DNA of 64,000 bases from the human T2T-CHM13v2.0 reference genome, Homo sapiens (GCF_009914755.1 NC_060931.1); one strand, 5' to 3'; shown: positions 42,435-60,466, numbered from the stretch's first letter. Program-made: numbers and translations. Notes: generated from the sequence alone by a model not told the origin.

Positions 42435-45030
42435 ATAAAAGGACATTCATGACTTGGCTTCTGACTGCCTCACTGAGCCCTCCCACCTGATCACGCATAC
42501 ATACCCCCCCAACCCCACTCCCCCACATACCCCCTTCACCCCAGCCATGAACAACCACTCTCAGTTCCCTGAATCCCATGCTGTTTCATGTTCATAATGC
42601 TGCATCTACTTGAAGTGCTCTTTTTCCATCTTTGTTCTTTCTACAAATTGCAATTATTTATCTTGCAGGACTCAATTCAGTTATACATTCTTCCTTCTCA
42701 CCTCTGTCTCTCTGCCTTTCACCCCAGTCCAATTAACTCTTTCTTCTTCTGTGCCTCTACTGTACAATATGCAGATGCCCATCATAGCACCTAGGACATT
42801 TTATTGTCCTTATTCGTGAACTTATTTTCTTATCTTGCTAGTATCTAAGATTGTTGGAGGGCAAGAATCTTATCTGGCTTTGTATCTCCTGAAGTTAGTC
42901 TAGTGTTTGGCATAGAGAAGGTACTTACTTATTTATCTATTTAATCAATTAGCTGAGTTCCCTGCTGTTTCCCCAAACAACTTCCTATCCTCTCCAGAAC
43001 AGTTTTCATCTGGTAGTCAGTAGTAGTATTGCCAACAATACTGCTATGTCTTCACATTTTAAAAATATATCACAAGTAAAAACCATTGTATTAGAATAGC
43101 AATACATCTAAGGATTGTATTCTTAAAGGTTTTCAAAGAGGTGCCTATTTGTAACAATGGTTGGAAATAAATTGTTTAAAATTGAGGCTTAACCTGCATT
43201 CATGTAACCACCAACCAGATGCCTTTCCCAGTCAATATCCTCCCCACACTGCTCTAAAAAAAAAATAACCACTATTCTGATTTGTCTCACCGTGTATTAG
43301 CTGTGCCTGATCTTGACCTTCACATAAGTGAGACCAAACAGTATATATCTTTCTGTGACTGGCTACTTTCATTCGGCATTATGTCTGTGATATTTTTCCA
43401 TGTGAATTCTTGTGTTAACTGCTAGTTTGCTCTTTTTCATTGCTCTGTAGTATCTCATTGTATGAATATGTCACAGTTTTATTTATCTGCTCTACTGTTG
43501 ATGGACATTTGGGTTATTTCTAGACTTGGCCTTGAACATAAAGTTTTGTTTGAGAACCAAACTACAGAGCATAGCATTAGACCTGCTTTTTGTCCTTTCT
43601 CTGCCTTCTGATAGGTGATGAATTGATCTTAATATAGGATGTACTTAACTTTACTCACTCAGTTAAGAAATATTTATTGAGTACCTGTTATGTTCCAGGT
43701 CCTGAGTAATTGTCCCTCCCTTCTGGAATCTCACAGACCACTGGGGAAGGCAGACCCTAAACAAGCAATTATAAGTATGCTAAATGTTGTAACAAAGAAA
43801 TAGAAGATGTTCTAGGTGTTTATAACAGGAAGACCTAATCTGGTACGAGGGTTAGGGAGAATCTTCCCACAGAAAGGATATGCTAGCTAAGACCCGAAAG
43901 AGAAACAAAAGTACTGTTGGGAAGGAAGACAAGGAACACCATTGCAGGAAGGTACAAGGTCCTGAAATGGTAATGAAGATTGAAAGAAGCCCCAGGTAGC
44001 TGAATCATAGAGAGGGAAGTAGAAAATGGTAGGAGATGGGGCTGGAAGGGTAGACAGAAGCCATGTCATTAAGGGCCTTATGAGTTATCTGAGCAATGTG
44101 AGTCCTCATCCATTAAAGAGTTCTAATCCCACGAACGGACATAACTTTAAATTTTTTTCTTTTGATGTTAACCTTACAAATTCTGAAGTGCGTAAATCTT
44201 AAGCACAAAGAATTTTTCCATACATTTTTACTAACACAACAGCTATTCCATCAGTAAAATTCCAGCACCTAGAATGTCCTCTCCTTCCCAGTCAATACCC
44301 TCTCTAAGGGTAGCCACTATTCTGACTTCTATCACCAGAGGTTACTTTTCCCTGATTTTGAACTACAATAATAACAAAATTATCCAGTTGTGCACCTTTG
44401 GGTCAGACTACTTTGACTCAGCCTAAGAGCTGCACAGTTCATCCACGTGTTGCATGTAGCAGTAGCTTGTCTTTTTTATTATTCTGCAGTCTTCCATTGT
44501 ATGAGTATACCACAATTTCTTTGCCCACTTTGCCCACTTTATTGATTGACATGAGAATTGCTTTTTTTTTTTTTTTTGGCTCTTGTAAATAAAATGATTA
44601 GGCCAGGCACAGTGGCTCATGTCTGTAATACCAGCATTTTGGGAGGCTGGGGTGGGAGGATCATTTGAGGCCAGGAGTTTTAAGCAGGCTGGGCAACATA
44701 GCAAGACTCCATCTCTACCAAAAAAAAAAAAAAAATAGCCTGGTATGGTGGCCTCTGCCTGTAGTCTCAGCTACTGGAGAGTCTGAGGTGGGAGGATTGC
44801 CTGAGCCCAGGAGTTTGAGATTGCAATGAGCTATGATCACACTACTGCACTCCAGTCTGACCCCATCTCAGGGGGAAAAAAAAAATTAAGCTAGAGCTGC
44901 AATAAATAAATAAAACTGTTGTGAAGATTTGTGTTCATGTCTTTTGATTGACATGAACACTCATTTCTGTGGGAGGTAGAATTTTCAAAAAGATTACTCT
45001 GCGTTCAGGGTGGAGGCTGATTTGGAAGAG
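42435..45030. mobile_element. Nested old repeats: L2 fragments (about 42435-42940 +; about 43655-44130 -) and L1M 3' fragments (about 43180-43540; about 44150-44970, -)
   Basis: aaatatttattgagtacctgttatgttccagg; tactgttgatggacatttgggttatttc; gccactattctgacttctatcacc. Confidence 0.6.
44601..44885 (+). mobile_element. AluJ
   Basis: ggccaggcacagtggctca...gaggattgcctgagcccaggagtttgag. Confidence 0.88.
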
Positions 45031-45370
45031 AGCAGAGGTGGCAGTTCCTCAGGCACCAGCTCTTGGATGTATAGCCTTTTGCAAGTCATCTTAGTAAAAA
45101 CAGGACACATTCATAACAGTTTAAACATCACACAAATCAAAGCGTAGATTAAAAAATGGAAAGCATATTTCCTTTTGGCTTCTATCATTACTGTCGTTTT
45201 CATAGTTATTATCATTGTTTACAGCCAGCTACAGCTTAGAGCTGATAGTAACTGGAGAGACAATATGATATGACAAGTTTTACTGACTTGTCATTGAATA
45301 TGCCCCAATAAACAAAACCATTATTGTCATGAAACATTTGTGAAGCCCCGTTTTCACGATTGCTTCTTGT

Positions 45371-45819
45371 TGTGCCAAACCCTTGTTAACCTCAATAGGA
45401 AAGGCACCAGGTTCAAGAGGTCAAAGAAGAGACCCAGAGCCAGCAGATAAGACATGACGTTTTATTATGGGCTTACATACAGGGGAGAGAGTCCAGTGGG
45501 GGCGGGCTGGGCAGGAAAACCGCAACCACCTACAAACATCATGCAGTTTATAGAGCATTTCCACTTACCACCCTCGCACCAACGACCTCCACCTGGCAAC
45601 CTTAATGTAACCCAAAACTCGGGGCCTCAATCCCCCATATGGCTGGTGTTCCATGAAATCGGCCAAGGGCCTCAGATGTTTATCCTAGATAAGGAAGGAA
45701 TCTCCAGGTTAGCCACTCCCAAATTACCTAGCTCAGAACACACATTCAGGTGCATCAGCCACACAGGATCATTCTAAGGAGATGCTTAAATTATTGCTCT
45801 CAGGTGTGCTTGCCCTATG

Positions 45820-45820
<1 letters not shown>
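45371..45820 (-). mobile_element. ERV solo LTR (LTR47-like), about 450 bp
   Basis: tgtgccaaaccc...ggcaccaggttcaagagg...gaagagacccagagccagc; minus-strand AATAAA near 45461 and a TATA-like tataaa near 45550. Confidence 0.65.

Positions 45821-45822
<2 letters not shown>

Positions 45823-45876
<54 letters not shown>
45823..45876. repeat. (TG)21(CG)3(TG)3 alternating purine-pyrimidine tract
   Basis: Direct reading. Confidence 0.95.
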
Positions 45877-46276
45877 ATGGTGCTGGAGATGTGTGTCTGA
45901 AGTCATAGACATATTTCTCTGACCATATAGAACCTTAGATTCTTAGCAGCATCTCTGAACTGTCCTCTCAGGAGCTAAAACAGTACAGATACAGAGCATT
46001 CGGCAAACTAAAGTTGTTTTGCTTTTGGTTTTGTTTCTGAATTGTGAATTTATTTATGTCTTAAAACTTTAAAATCAGCACATTTTGAATTGAGAATTTA
46101 TGTCTTAAAACGTTAAAATGAGCATATTCAGTTATATATACATATATAATGAATTGCCATTATAGAAAATAATACAATCAGGTGAAGTTAAGAGTACTAT
46201 TGTAGAAATACCCAAGACTTTCAGCCACAATAAATGTTCAGTCCTTAGAACCATGGGAATTAAGATACAGCATAGT

Positions 46277-46612
<336 letters not shown>

Positions 46613-46694
46613 TTACCAGATCAGGCTCTTATCCACTACTCCAATTATACTCTCCCTCTTTTCACCCTATTCTGAATGTGCTGTGCATGTGCAT

Positions 46695-47200
46695 TAAATT
46701 AACAAATATTTATTGAGCACCTGCAATATGCCAGATACCTTGCAAGGTGTTAGAGATAGGAAGGCACAGTCACTGATCAACAGGAATTAGCAGCCTAGTG
46801 GAAGAGATAGCCAATTGAACCAGTGATTACCACACTCCAGTGAGAGTGTGGGCCAAAATGCCAGGGTCCTCTGGTGGCACAGAAGGGACATTTAAATCAG
46901 AGCAGGTAACCCTTGAGCTGATTCTTCAAAGATGAGAGTCATGAGCTAGGAATAGTATTCCAGACACTAAGATGAGGAGGCACAAAGGCACAGAGGCAGA
47001 AATTAGCCTGGTGCAGGCAAGGAGTCACTCGTAATTTAGTGTGGTTGGAGCAAGAGATGGGCATGTTCAGAGGAACTGGAGAGAAGCATAGAGGAAAATA
47101 ACAATAATAATAATTTTAATAGAGAAAAAAACTTTTAAAAAGAGAGAGAGAAGCCTAGAGAGGGGTAGGCAGGAGGCAGAACTGAAGAGGCTTGGTGCTC
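46695..47200 (-). mobile_element. L2 fragment
   Basis: aacaaatatttattgagcacctgcaatatgccagatac. Confidence 0.7.
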
Positions 47201-50021
47201 AGGAAGGGGCTAAGAAGGAAGGATCGAGAAGTAAGAGGCCTGTTCAAGCTCACCCTGTTCACAGTGGTACTCCTCATGTGTCCTTAAGCATGTCATTGGG
47301 CCTCGTTAGTATAACCAGAGAACTAGGGAAAGTTCCCAAACCATGAAGCACTGTCCAGTAGATGTGAAAAGATGGGCTATGAACAATGGTTTCATTACTT
47401 TGATAGTTAAGGGAAGACTGAATACTGCATTGGCCTCTTTAAGACTCATCAAGACTCCAGCATATTAAAGGTTTCTGAAGTCCTCCAGTAAAAACACCAC
47501 TTCGGTTTTCTTTGATTCAGTATTTTCCAAATTATGTGGACCGGGAGCCAATTTTCTGTAACAGAATATTAGTATCATGAGGCAGAGCCCCATTCTGGCA
47601 AACAGTGGACTAGTTCTCAAAGGTACAATCATCCTTATTCATTCACTGATTAAATTTTTTTAAGTGCAGAACCAAACAACTGGTTCACTTTATACTTTAG
47701 ATTAACAGCGTATCCCTGTAATAAACTTTAGGTATTTATTTTCCACAGCAATGTTTTTTTTTATTACATCAACTGTCCTGGGATTTATTTTTTCTTTTCT
47801 CATTTTTCATGTCATGCACAGACTTTATTACCTGGTAATAAGTTGCAAGAAATGTGAATTGAGTTGTTTCTAAGCAAATATCAATCATTTATGATTTGTT
47901 TAATAGAAATTATAATGAAGAAAATCAGGGTTTTGCTTATTATAAAGTCATTATAGTCAACATTAGCAAATCTCAAAATTAATAATGTGTCAGTAAATTA
48001 TTTGCATTGCTAAAGAGATCAAATAAATAAAAACAGGATTGACCTTGTTAGAAATTTGATATTTTCAACATTTATCTGTCAGAGCCACTGATTTGGAAAT
48101 TGTTATAAATTCTTGAAAAATGGAAACTTTTTTCCCTGTAAAAATACCCATCATTTGGCAAACTACAGTGTCATTTTTCTTGAAGAGAATGTAGTGATTG
48201 ATTATCCAGAGTGCTACCATGACAAGGTAAACCAACTGAATAGCTGGAAAATTGTGTGTAATCATATAGCATCACAGAGGCTCTGCGCTGAGCACAACCA
48301 TTAGAATTAAACCATGGCATTCTAATCATTCCCTGCTGGTACTTCCTGTTCATCCCCAAAACCTTGACCTCCAGTGGGTATGCAGAGGTGTTCGCAGTCA
48401 TCCCTTCCCCTCCAAATGCTATCAGCACAATTCTCGTCAGCTGAAAGCTCTGCAATAAATACAAACCAAACCCAAACCACCCAAGGAGATTTCAAAATGC
48501 AAGGTGTCTGTGTCTAAAATCCCTCATATATATGACATTCTGAGATTTATTCTGTGTATTAACATTAATCTAGTTTCTTTTATTAATCGTATTGTCCTGA
48601 GAATCCTGAGAGATTATAAACAACTGAGGGAAGGGAAGGATGGGAGATGGACAAAAAGAAAAGAGGAATGCTGATCCCTCTTGAGAGGCTGATAATCTAT
48701 TCAGAAAGACGAAATACACCTGAGATGACTTGAGAGCAGTTACACAGTATTCGCCCAGTGTGAAAGTACCAGTACACAAATTTAATGCATGAGTCATGGG
48801 GGCCAACAGAGTAAAGGAGCAATCCAATTATCCTTGTTTATTAGAGAACTAAATTGAGTCATAAGAAAGGAAGGGGCTACCCAAACCTACCCCAGAGATG
48901 GTTATCAATAGCATACTTGGGACCAGAACAAGGCCCTTTCTCCCAATAATCAGAGGCATCTCCTCATGCTCATCTTCCCTGCAATGTTTTAGATTTTAAA
49001 CAGGCTTTGTTAGGATGGCTGAACTCCAGTCTCCTTTATTAATTGCTGCCCACATGTTGTAGGATATCCTGTGTTCTGAATCAGGATGAGGATTTTAAAT
49101 TCTTCTTAGCGTAGGGACGTGTAGCCAGGCAGAATCAATTCCTGTCACTCACACACAAATACAGAGGAATGGGATTATGGATCAGGGTGAAGCTGCAGTG
49201 CTTTAATCTCAAAATCAATACAGAAAAGGAAGTTGAACTTCTGGGGATTCTATAGAGACTGTAATTTGGCTTCCTATGAGGTTTGCCTTATAGAATATAG
49301 CTGCTCCTTCCTTTTCACCTTCTGATTATTTTACTGGGGTGGGAAAAATGAGGGGAAGGGGAAAGATGACAAGAAACTTCTACCACCAAATCTTCTTGAA
49401 TAAGCATGCAAGTGTAACTCGTAATTCAAGCTAATCCCCCATTGTGTTGAGAAGAGCTATACACCTTTGTTTATTCTTTTAGAAAATAATTAGCCAAAAC
49501 CCTGTACCCCATAATCTGTATTTAAGCATAACAAAAATGCCTTTGATTTATTCATAGTTCACTGTCAAGACTGGAAAAGTATTTTTTAAGCATACTTTTA
49601 TGGCTAAGCTTACCATAGCCTATGTAATTTTATATAAATACAAAATCAACAAACCAGTTATTGACCGAAGGATTCCAAGCTGCTCAGCCTGTGATTAATA
49701 TTTACCCCAGTGTAATTCTGCTTCTTTTGAAAGAGGCATGAACTAATGGTTTAAACAACTCAGTCTTTTCTTAATAAAAAATTTAGAATTTGTTGACTAT
49801 GCATCTTTTTCAGATATAACACTGATTTGCTGCACAGTGCTGTCGGCATCTAGCTTTAAGATGGGCTTATTTTTCCTTTCAGATAGTTTTTTTAATTCAG
49901 TTTTAAAATATGTCTGAGTGTGTTTGGACCCTGCGCCTACAGTGGTGACAGCAATATGAAACACTGTAATCTCGTGAGAAAATGCACTGTGGGCAGCAGA
50001 ACTCCGGTCTGGCTCTGAGGC

Positions 50022-50325
50022 AGAATGGTATAGTTAGAGGAGCAAAGCCTGGAGCTCCTTCTTTATTTATTTCATCTTTCTAAGCTTGTTTCCTCATCTT
50101 TAAACTGGGGATGATTATAGGATACACCTGATAGGGGTGTTGAGAGGATTAAACAAAATAAAATATCCAAAGTGCTTATCATTGTACTTTGCACTTGTAA
50201 GAACCCTTTAAATGTTCATGATTATCATGATTATTATGTGAGTCTCAAGTGAGATAACATATGCTGTGTATGTGAAAACATTCTACAAGCTGTAAAACAC
50301 AATACAAATGTTAGTTGTTATTCTG
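50022..50325 (+). mobile_element. MIR fragments
   Basis: gtttcctcatctttaaactggggatgattatagg. Confidence 0.65.
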
Positions 50326-50885
50326 AATAGATTGATGGTTTTGAAACTTTTAAAATAAATCATGGAAGGTTTTTTCTTTGTGCTGCCTGTCATAGGTCCC
50401 TAATCTCAAAAAGCCTTGGAGTGATAAATCAGGCTCCAACTGAATATGCATTTTCTGTCTTAAAAGCCAGAGTTATCTTGTGAGTGTCAAGAATTCCATG
50501 ATAGCGACTTGAAAATCCCTATTCTGTGTCCTTCCAGAGAAAACACTTGCTCAGGTCTTGGGAAGACCAGCGCTGTGTAAGATACTTATTTGGTTGTTGT
50601 TTTGAGTTCATATTTCTTTTTTTTTTTTCAGAGTCCACAGAGCTATTTTATTATTATTACTATTATTATTATTTTTTTTAATTATACTTTAAGTTTTAGG
50701 GTACATGTGCACATTGTGCAGGTTAGTTACATATGTATACATGTGCCATGCTGGTGCGCTGCACCCACTAACTCGTCATCTAGCATTAGGTATATCTCCG
50801 AATGCTATCCCTCCCCCCTCCCCCCTCCCCACCACAGTCCCCAGAGTGTGATATTCCCCTTCCTGTGTCCATGTGATCTCATTGT

Positions 50886-54740
<3,855 letters not shown>

Positions 54741-54776
54741 TTAGTTGATGCAGTTTCTTCCTAGTCTCGATGGTCT

Positions 54777-55795
54777 TTACATTTTGGCATGATTTTGCAG
54801 TGGCTGGTACCGGTTGTTCCTTTCCATGTTTAGCGCTTCCTTCAGGAGCTCTTTTAGGGCAGGCCTGGTAGTGACAAAATCTCTCAGCATTTGCTTGTCT
54901 GTAAAGTATTTTATTTCTCCTTCACTTATGAAGCTTAGTTTGGCTGGATATGAAATTCTGGGTTGAAAATTCTTTTCTTTAAGAATGTTGAATATTGGCC
55001 CCCACTCTCTTCTGGCTTGTAGGGTTTCTGCCGAGAGATCCGCTGTTAGTCTGATGGGCTTCCCTTTGAGGGTAACCCGACCTTTCTCTCTGGCTGCCCT
55101 TAACATTTTTTCCTTCATTTCAACTTTGGTGAATCTGACAATTATGTGTCTTGGAGTTGCTCTTCTCGAGGAGTATCTTTGTGGCGTTCTCTGTATTTCC
55201 TGAATCTGAACGTTGGCCTGCCTTGCTAGATTGGGGAAGTTCTCCTGGATAATATATCCTGCAGAGTGTTTTCCAACTTGGTTCCATTCTCCACATCACT
55301 TTCAGGTACACCAATCAGACGTAGATTTGGTCTTTTCACATAGTCCCATATTTCTTGGAGGCTTTGCTCATTTCTTTTTATTCTTTTTTCTCTAACCTTC
55401 CCTTCTCGCTTCATTTCATTCATTTCATCTTCCATTGCTGATACCCTTTCTTCCAGTTGATCGCATCGGCTCCTGAGGCTTCTGCATTCTTCACGTAGCT
55501 CTCGAGCCTTGGTTTTCAGCTCCATCAGCTCCTTTAAGCACTTCTCTGTATTGGTTATTCTAGTTATACATTCTTCTAAATTTTTTTCAAAGTTTTCAAC
55601 TTCTTTGCCTTTGGTTTGAATGTCCTCCCGTAGCTCAGAGTAATTTGATGGTCTGAAGCCTTCCTCTCTCAGCTCGTCAAAATCATTCTCCATCCAGCTT
55701 TGTTCCGTTGCTGGTGAGGAACTGCGTTCCTTTGGAGGAGGAGAGGCGCTCTGCGTTTTAGAGTTTCCAGTTTTTCTGTTCTGGTTTTTCCCCAT
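54777..55795 (-). pseudogene. L1 ORF1p, frameshifted by a 2-bp insertion near 55252-55257
   Basis: The ORF track splits into 189 aa (MGKNQNRKTG...QDI then out of frame) and a 113-aa C-terminal piece ending NHAKM. Span is 1019 = 1017 + 2 nt. Sequence reads ggataatatatcct versus consensus ggataatatcct. Confidence 0.92.
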
Positions 55796-56701
55796 CTTTG
55801 TGGTTTTATCTACTTTTGGTCTTTGATGATGGTGATGTACAGATGGGTTTTTGGTGTGGATGTCCTTTCTGTTTGTTAGTTTTCCTTCTAACAGACAGGA
55901 CCCTCAGCTGCAGGTCTGTTGGAATACCCTGCCGTGTGAGGTGTCAGTGTGCCCCTGCTGGGGGGTGCCTCCCAGTTAGGCTGCTCGGGGGTCAGGGGTC
56001 AGGGACCCACTTGAGGAGGCAGTCTGCCCGTTCTCAGATCTCCAGCTGCGTGCTGGGAGAACCACTGCTCTCTTCAAAGCTGTCAGACAGGGACATTTAA
56101 GTCTGCAGAGGTTACTGCTGTCTTTTTGTTTGTCTGTGCCCTTCCCCCAGAGGTGGAGCCTACAGAGGCAGGCAGGCCTCCTTGAGCTGTGGTGGGCTCC
56201 ACCCAGTTTGAGCTTCCCGGCTGCTTTGTTTACCTAAGCAAGCCTGGGCAATGGCAGGCGCCCCTCCCCCAGCCTCGCTGCCGCCTTGCAGTTTGATCTC
56301 AGACTGCTGTGCTAGCAATCAGCGAGATTCCGTGGGCGTAGGACCCTCCGAGCCAGGTGTGGGATATAGTCTCGTGGTGCGCCGTTTTTTAAGCCGGTCT
56401 GAAAAGCGCAATATTCGGGTGGGAGTGACCCGATTTTCCAGGTGCGTCCGTCACCCCTTTCTTTGACTCGGAAAGGGAACTCCCTGACCCCTTGAGCTTC
56501 CCAGGTGAGGCAATGCCTCGCCCTGCTTCGGCTCGCGCACGGTGCGCGCACCCACTGGCCTGCGCCCACTGTCTGGCACTCCCTAGTGAGATGAACCCAG
56601 TACCTCAGATGGAAATGCAGAAATCACCCGTCTTCTGCGTCGCTCACGCTGGGAGCTGTAGACCAGAGCTGTTCCTATTCGGCCATCTTGGCTCCTCCCC
56701 C
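55796..56701. promoter_or_regulatory. L1 5'UTR bidirectional promoter: sense promoter on the - strand, antisense promoter (about 56100-56300) firing on + toward the EXOC4 exon
   Basis: Complete CpG-rich 5'UTR. YY1 site CAAGATGGCC intact at 56681-56690 (- strand). ASP position taken from established L1 biology (about +400 to +600). Confidence 0.8.
56251..56466 (+). CDS. L1 ORF0 (primate L1 5'UTR antisense ORF), intact, 71 aa
   Basis: MAGAPPPASLPPCSLISDCCASNQRDSVGVGPSEPGVGYSLVVRRFLSRSEKRNIRVGVTRFSRCVRHPFL, start context gcaATGg. Internal donors CCAG|gtgtgg (56356/7) and CCAG|gtgcgt (56441/2). Expression is not shown by the sequence. Confidence 0.8.
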   Translation: MAGAPPPASLPPCSLISDCCASNQRDSVGVGPSEPGVGYSLVVRRFLSRSEKRNIRVGVTRFSRCVRHPFL

Positions 56702-56844
56702 TGTTTTGAGTTCATATTTCAAAATGTCACATTCTTGCAGGAGAGCTCAGGTACCTTAAATTATGACATACTTGGAGTTGTCCTTCCTTGTCCAACACAT
56801 TGACTACAGAAATCTCATATCCTCTCTTTGTTGTTCATTTCCAG

Positions 56845-56981
56845 AGCACAATCATTGTGGAGAAGACAGTTCAAGACCTCCTGAACCTGATGCATGACTT
56901 GAGTGCATATTCAGATCAATTCCTCAACATGGTGTGCGTAAAGCTCCAGGAGTACAAGGACACCTGCACTGCAGCTTACAG
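56845..56981 (+). CDS. EXOC4: Internal coding exon of EXOC4 (exocyst complex component 4 / SEC8), 137 bp, phase 0 to phase 2; probably exon 12
   Basis: Polypyrimidine tract and acceptor (ctctctttgttgttcatttccag|AGC), donor TACAG|gtagag. The translation [46 protein letters not shown] is recognised as EXOC4/Sec8. The exon number is from memory. Confidence 0.93.
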
Positions 56982-57798
56982 GTAGAGCTTCTGTTAGGGG
57001 CTAAGCAAAGTAACGTTTGAGCCTGATGGTGGTTCCAGTTGGTGAAATTGCTTCAATAGCCTAATTTCCAAAAGGATCATCTCTGAGTTTGTCAAGAGAT
57101 GAGAACATGCATCATGGAAATAGCCTCCTAGACCTTTGTGTAGTCAGACCAACAGAGAGAATGAAAGTGATGAAGGGACGCAGCCACTAGGACTACCAAT
57201 GCGTGGCTCAGATTATGTGTCAACCTTGATGTTCATGAAAACCTAGAATGATAAGATCATGTTCCTCAAGGAAATTCCAGATCTTGGTTAGTCTATCTTG
57301 TGGTTAAAAAGATCCTTAAAGTAGAGCAATTTGAAACTCTTAATAATCTTTAATAGTGTTTCCTTTTAATTAAAAATATATTCTTCCTGATATTTAATTT
57401 GTAGCATTCCTACTGTCACAAAAGAACAGTTACCCCTGTTTTCAGCATCAGTAGCAATGAAAAACCATTGTTATGAACTTGAAAACCATTAGTTATCCCT
57501 CTGATTTCCTTCCTTAGGTTCAAAAAAATCTCTCTGGGCTTGTGGAAAAGATCATAGCAATTCTCTAAGAAAGCTAATAATGGGAGCAAATTATGATCTG
57601 GTTCACAAGACATGAAACAATTAGGGAAGAAAAGAATGTATAATAAAATACTAAATTATATGTGATATATAATGAAGGATAGATAGGTAAAGTGCAGTAC
57701 ATAATCAGGTGCTACTTGTACAGTATAGACTGTGAGGGCAGAAGGAACAAAAAACAAGAAAGAGAAAGGGTTGTAGTCGGGAATGGTTTTGCAGGTGA

Positions 57799-58379
<581 letters not shown>

Positions 58380-59124
58380 CAGTTGCCCACTATTTAAAGG
58401 GGACAATGAGGAGATAGTTTGACTGGAACAGAGTTCCTATTAGAATCTAGTAGGAGATAATGTTGAATAGGAAGATTAAGACCAACTAAAAAGGGGTCAT
58501 AAAAAAATAACATTCTGAAAATGTAGATGTTGGATAACAGATATGGAATCATTATAAGTGAGCAAGGAAGCAGTGTTTACGGAAGATGAATTTGGCAGAG
58601 GAATACAACATAGATTAATGCTTATCCTTCCTCATTCCAGCAAGAAGAATGATCCACAGTTACATGGACAAATTAAACAACAACCATCTCATTGAGATGC
58701 AGTCCCAATAACCTTTTATGTTCAATAATTATTTATCAAAACTTATATTTAGGTTAAAATCATACATATACTTAACAATTATGTCAATTGGTTGTGTACT
58801 AAATAATAATTATAATGGCAATTCAAACAAAAGAAAGTTAAAATTTAGCCTTGTGGTAACAGAAAATTTAAAGTTTTTGGATTTTAATTTATACAGATAG
58901 TCTTTTGTAAAAAGCTACAATGGAATAATAAAATAATTTCAAGCATAAAAATATATTTCATTAGGATAAATTCCAGTGAGGAAATGAAATAGAAATAATA
59001 ATTCAAAGAGAAAAAGGAAAAGCAAAAAATATCCAGCTGTTAAAGAAGAGCTTGTTCATATGTATTTTAAATGTATAATGGAGGGTATCAAATCCCTATG
59101 GCATTGAGATTCTATTGGATGCTT

Positions 59125-59548
59125 TTTTAAAATTTTTAATTGACAAATAATAATTATATAATGAGCACAATTGGATGTTCTGATATATGAATACATTATG
59201 AAATGATTACATTCAATCTGATTCACATATCCATTACCTCTCATACTTCTCTTTGTGTGTCTTTGTGCTGCAGACATTTAAAATCTACTCTCAGCATTTT
59301 GAAATATATATTACATTATTGTTAATTATAGTGACCATGATGTTCAATCAGTCTCAAAATGGCATTCCTTCTAACTGAAACTTTGTATGGTTTGAGCAAC
59401 ATCTCCCCACCTCACCCCACACCCACCCCAATCCCCCAGCCCCCAGCCTCCAGCAACCGCTGTTCTACCCTCTACTTCTATAAGTTCAACTCTTTTAGAG
59501 TCCCCATATAAGTAAAATCATGCAATATTTGTCTTTCTGTGCCTGGCC
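59125..59548 (-). mobile_element. L1MA 3' fragment
   Basis: tttttaattgacaaataataatt...atgcaatatttgtctttctgtgcctggc; degenerate TSD attggatgcttt / attggatacattt. Confidence 0.8.
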
Positions 59549-59879
59549 ATTGGATACATTTAAAATAGTGATTTTTAACAGTGTCAGTCTTTAGGGTATG
59601 CCAAAATTTATATCTTTTGCATCTATTTAAATGCATGCTAAAAAAATTAAATGTCAACTTAAAAAGGGAAGGAGAATATAGTTTTTCAAAATTATTTTAA
59701 AGGATACACCAATAACAATTGTAAAAGCCACTATTCTAGGTTAATTGCCTGAGATTGGAATTTCTGGGCCATTAGAGTCTTGGATTTTCAGTTTTACAAA
59801 ACCAGACTCCAAAGTGGTAGTACCAACGTCTCATCTACCAAAAGAGAATGGAATAAAATATTTTAACTATTAAAACTTA

Positions 59880-60466
<587 letters not shown>

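Noticed and set aside
56492-56803. 103-aa ORF crossing the L1 5' junction, and a possible donor CAG|gtacct at 56750/1
   Set aside because: The ORF is mostly generic L1 5'UTR antisense sequence. The donor is weak and is phase 1 in that frame, so it does not join EXOC4 in frame.
56788-56844. N-terminal 19 aa of the 65-aa ORF covering the exon
   Set aside because: It starts at TTG and runs through the polypyrimidine tract, so it is intronic read-through rather than coding sequence.
56251-56900. Direct in-frame ORF0 fusion to the adjacent exon at 56845
   Set aside because: ORF0 donors are phase 1 and phase 2 while the acceptor is phase 0, so both products stop within 17 codons.
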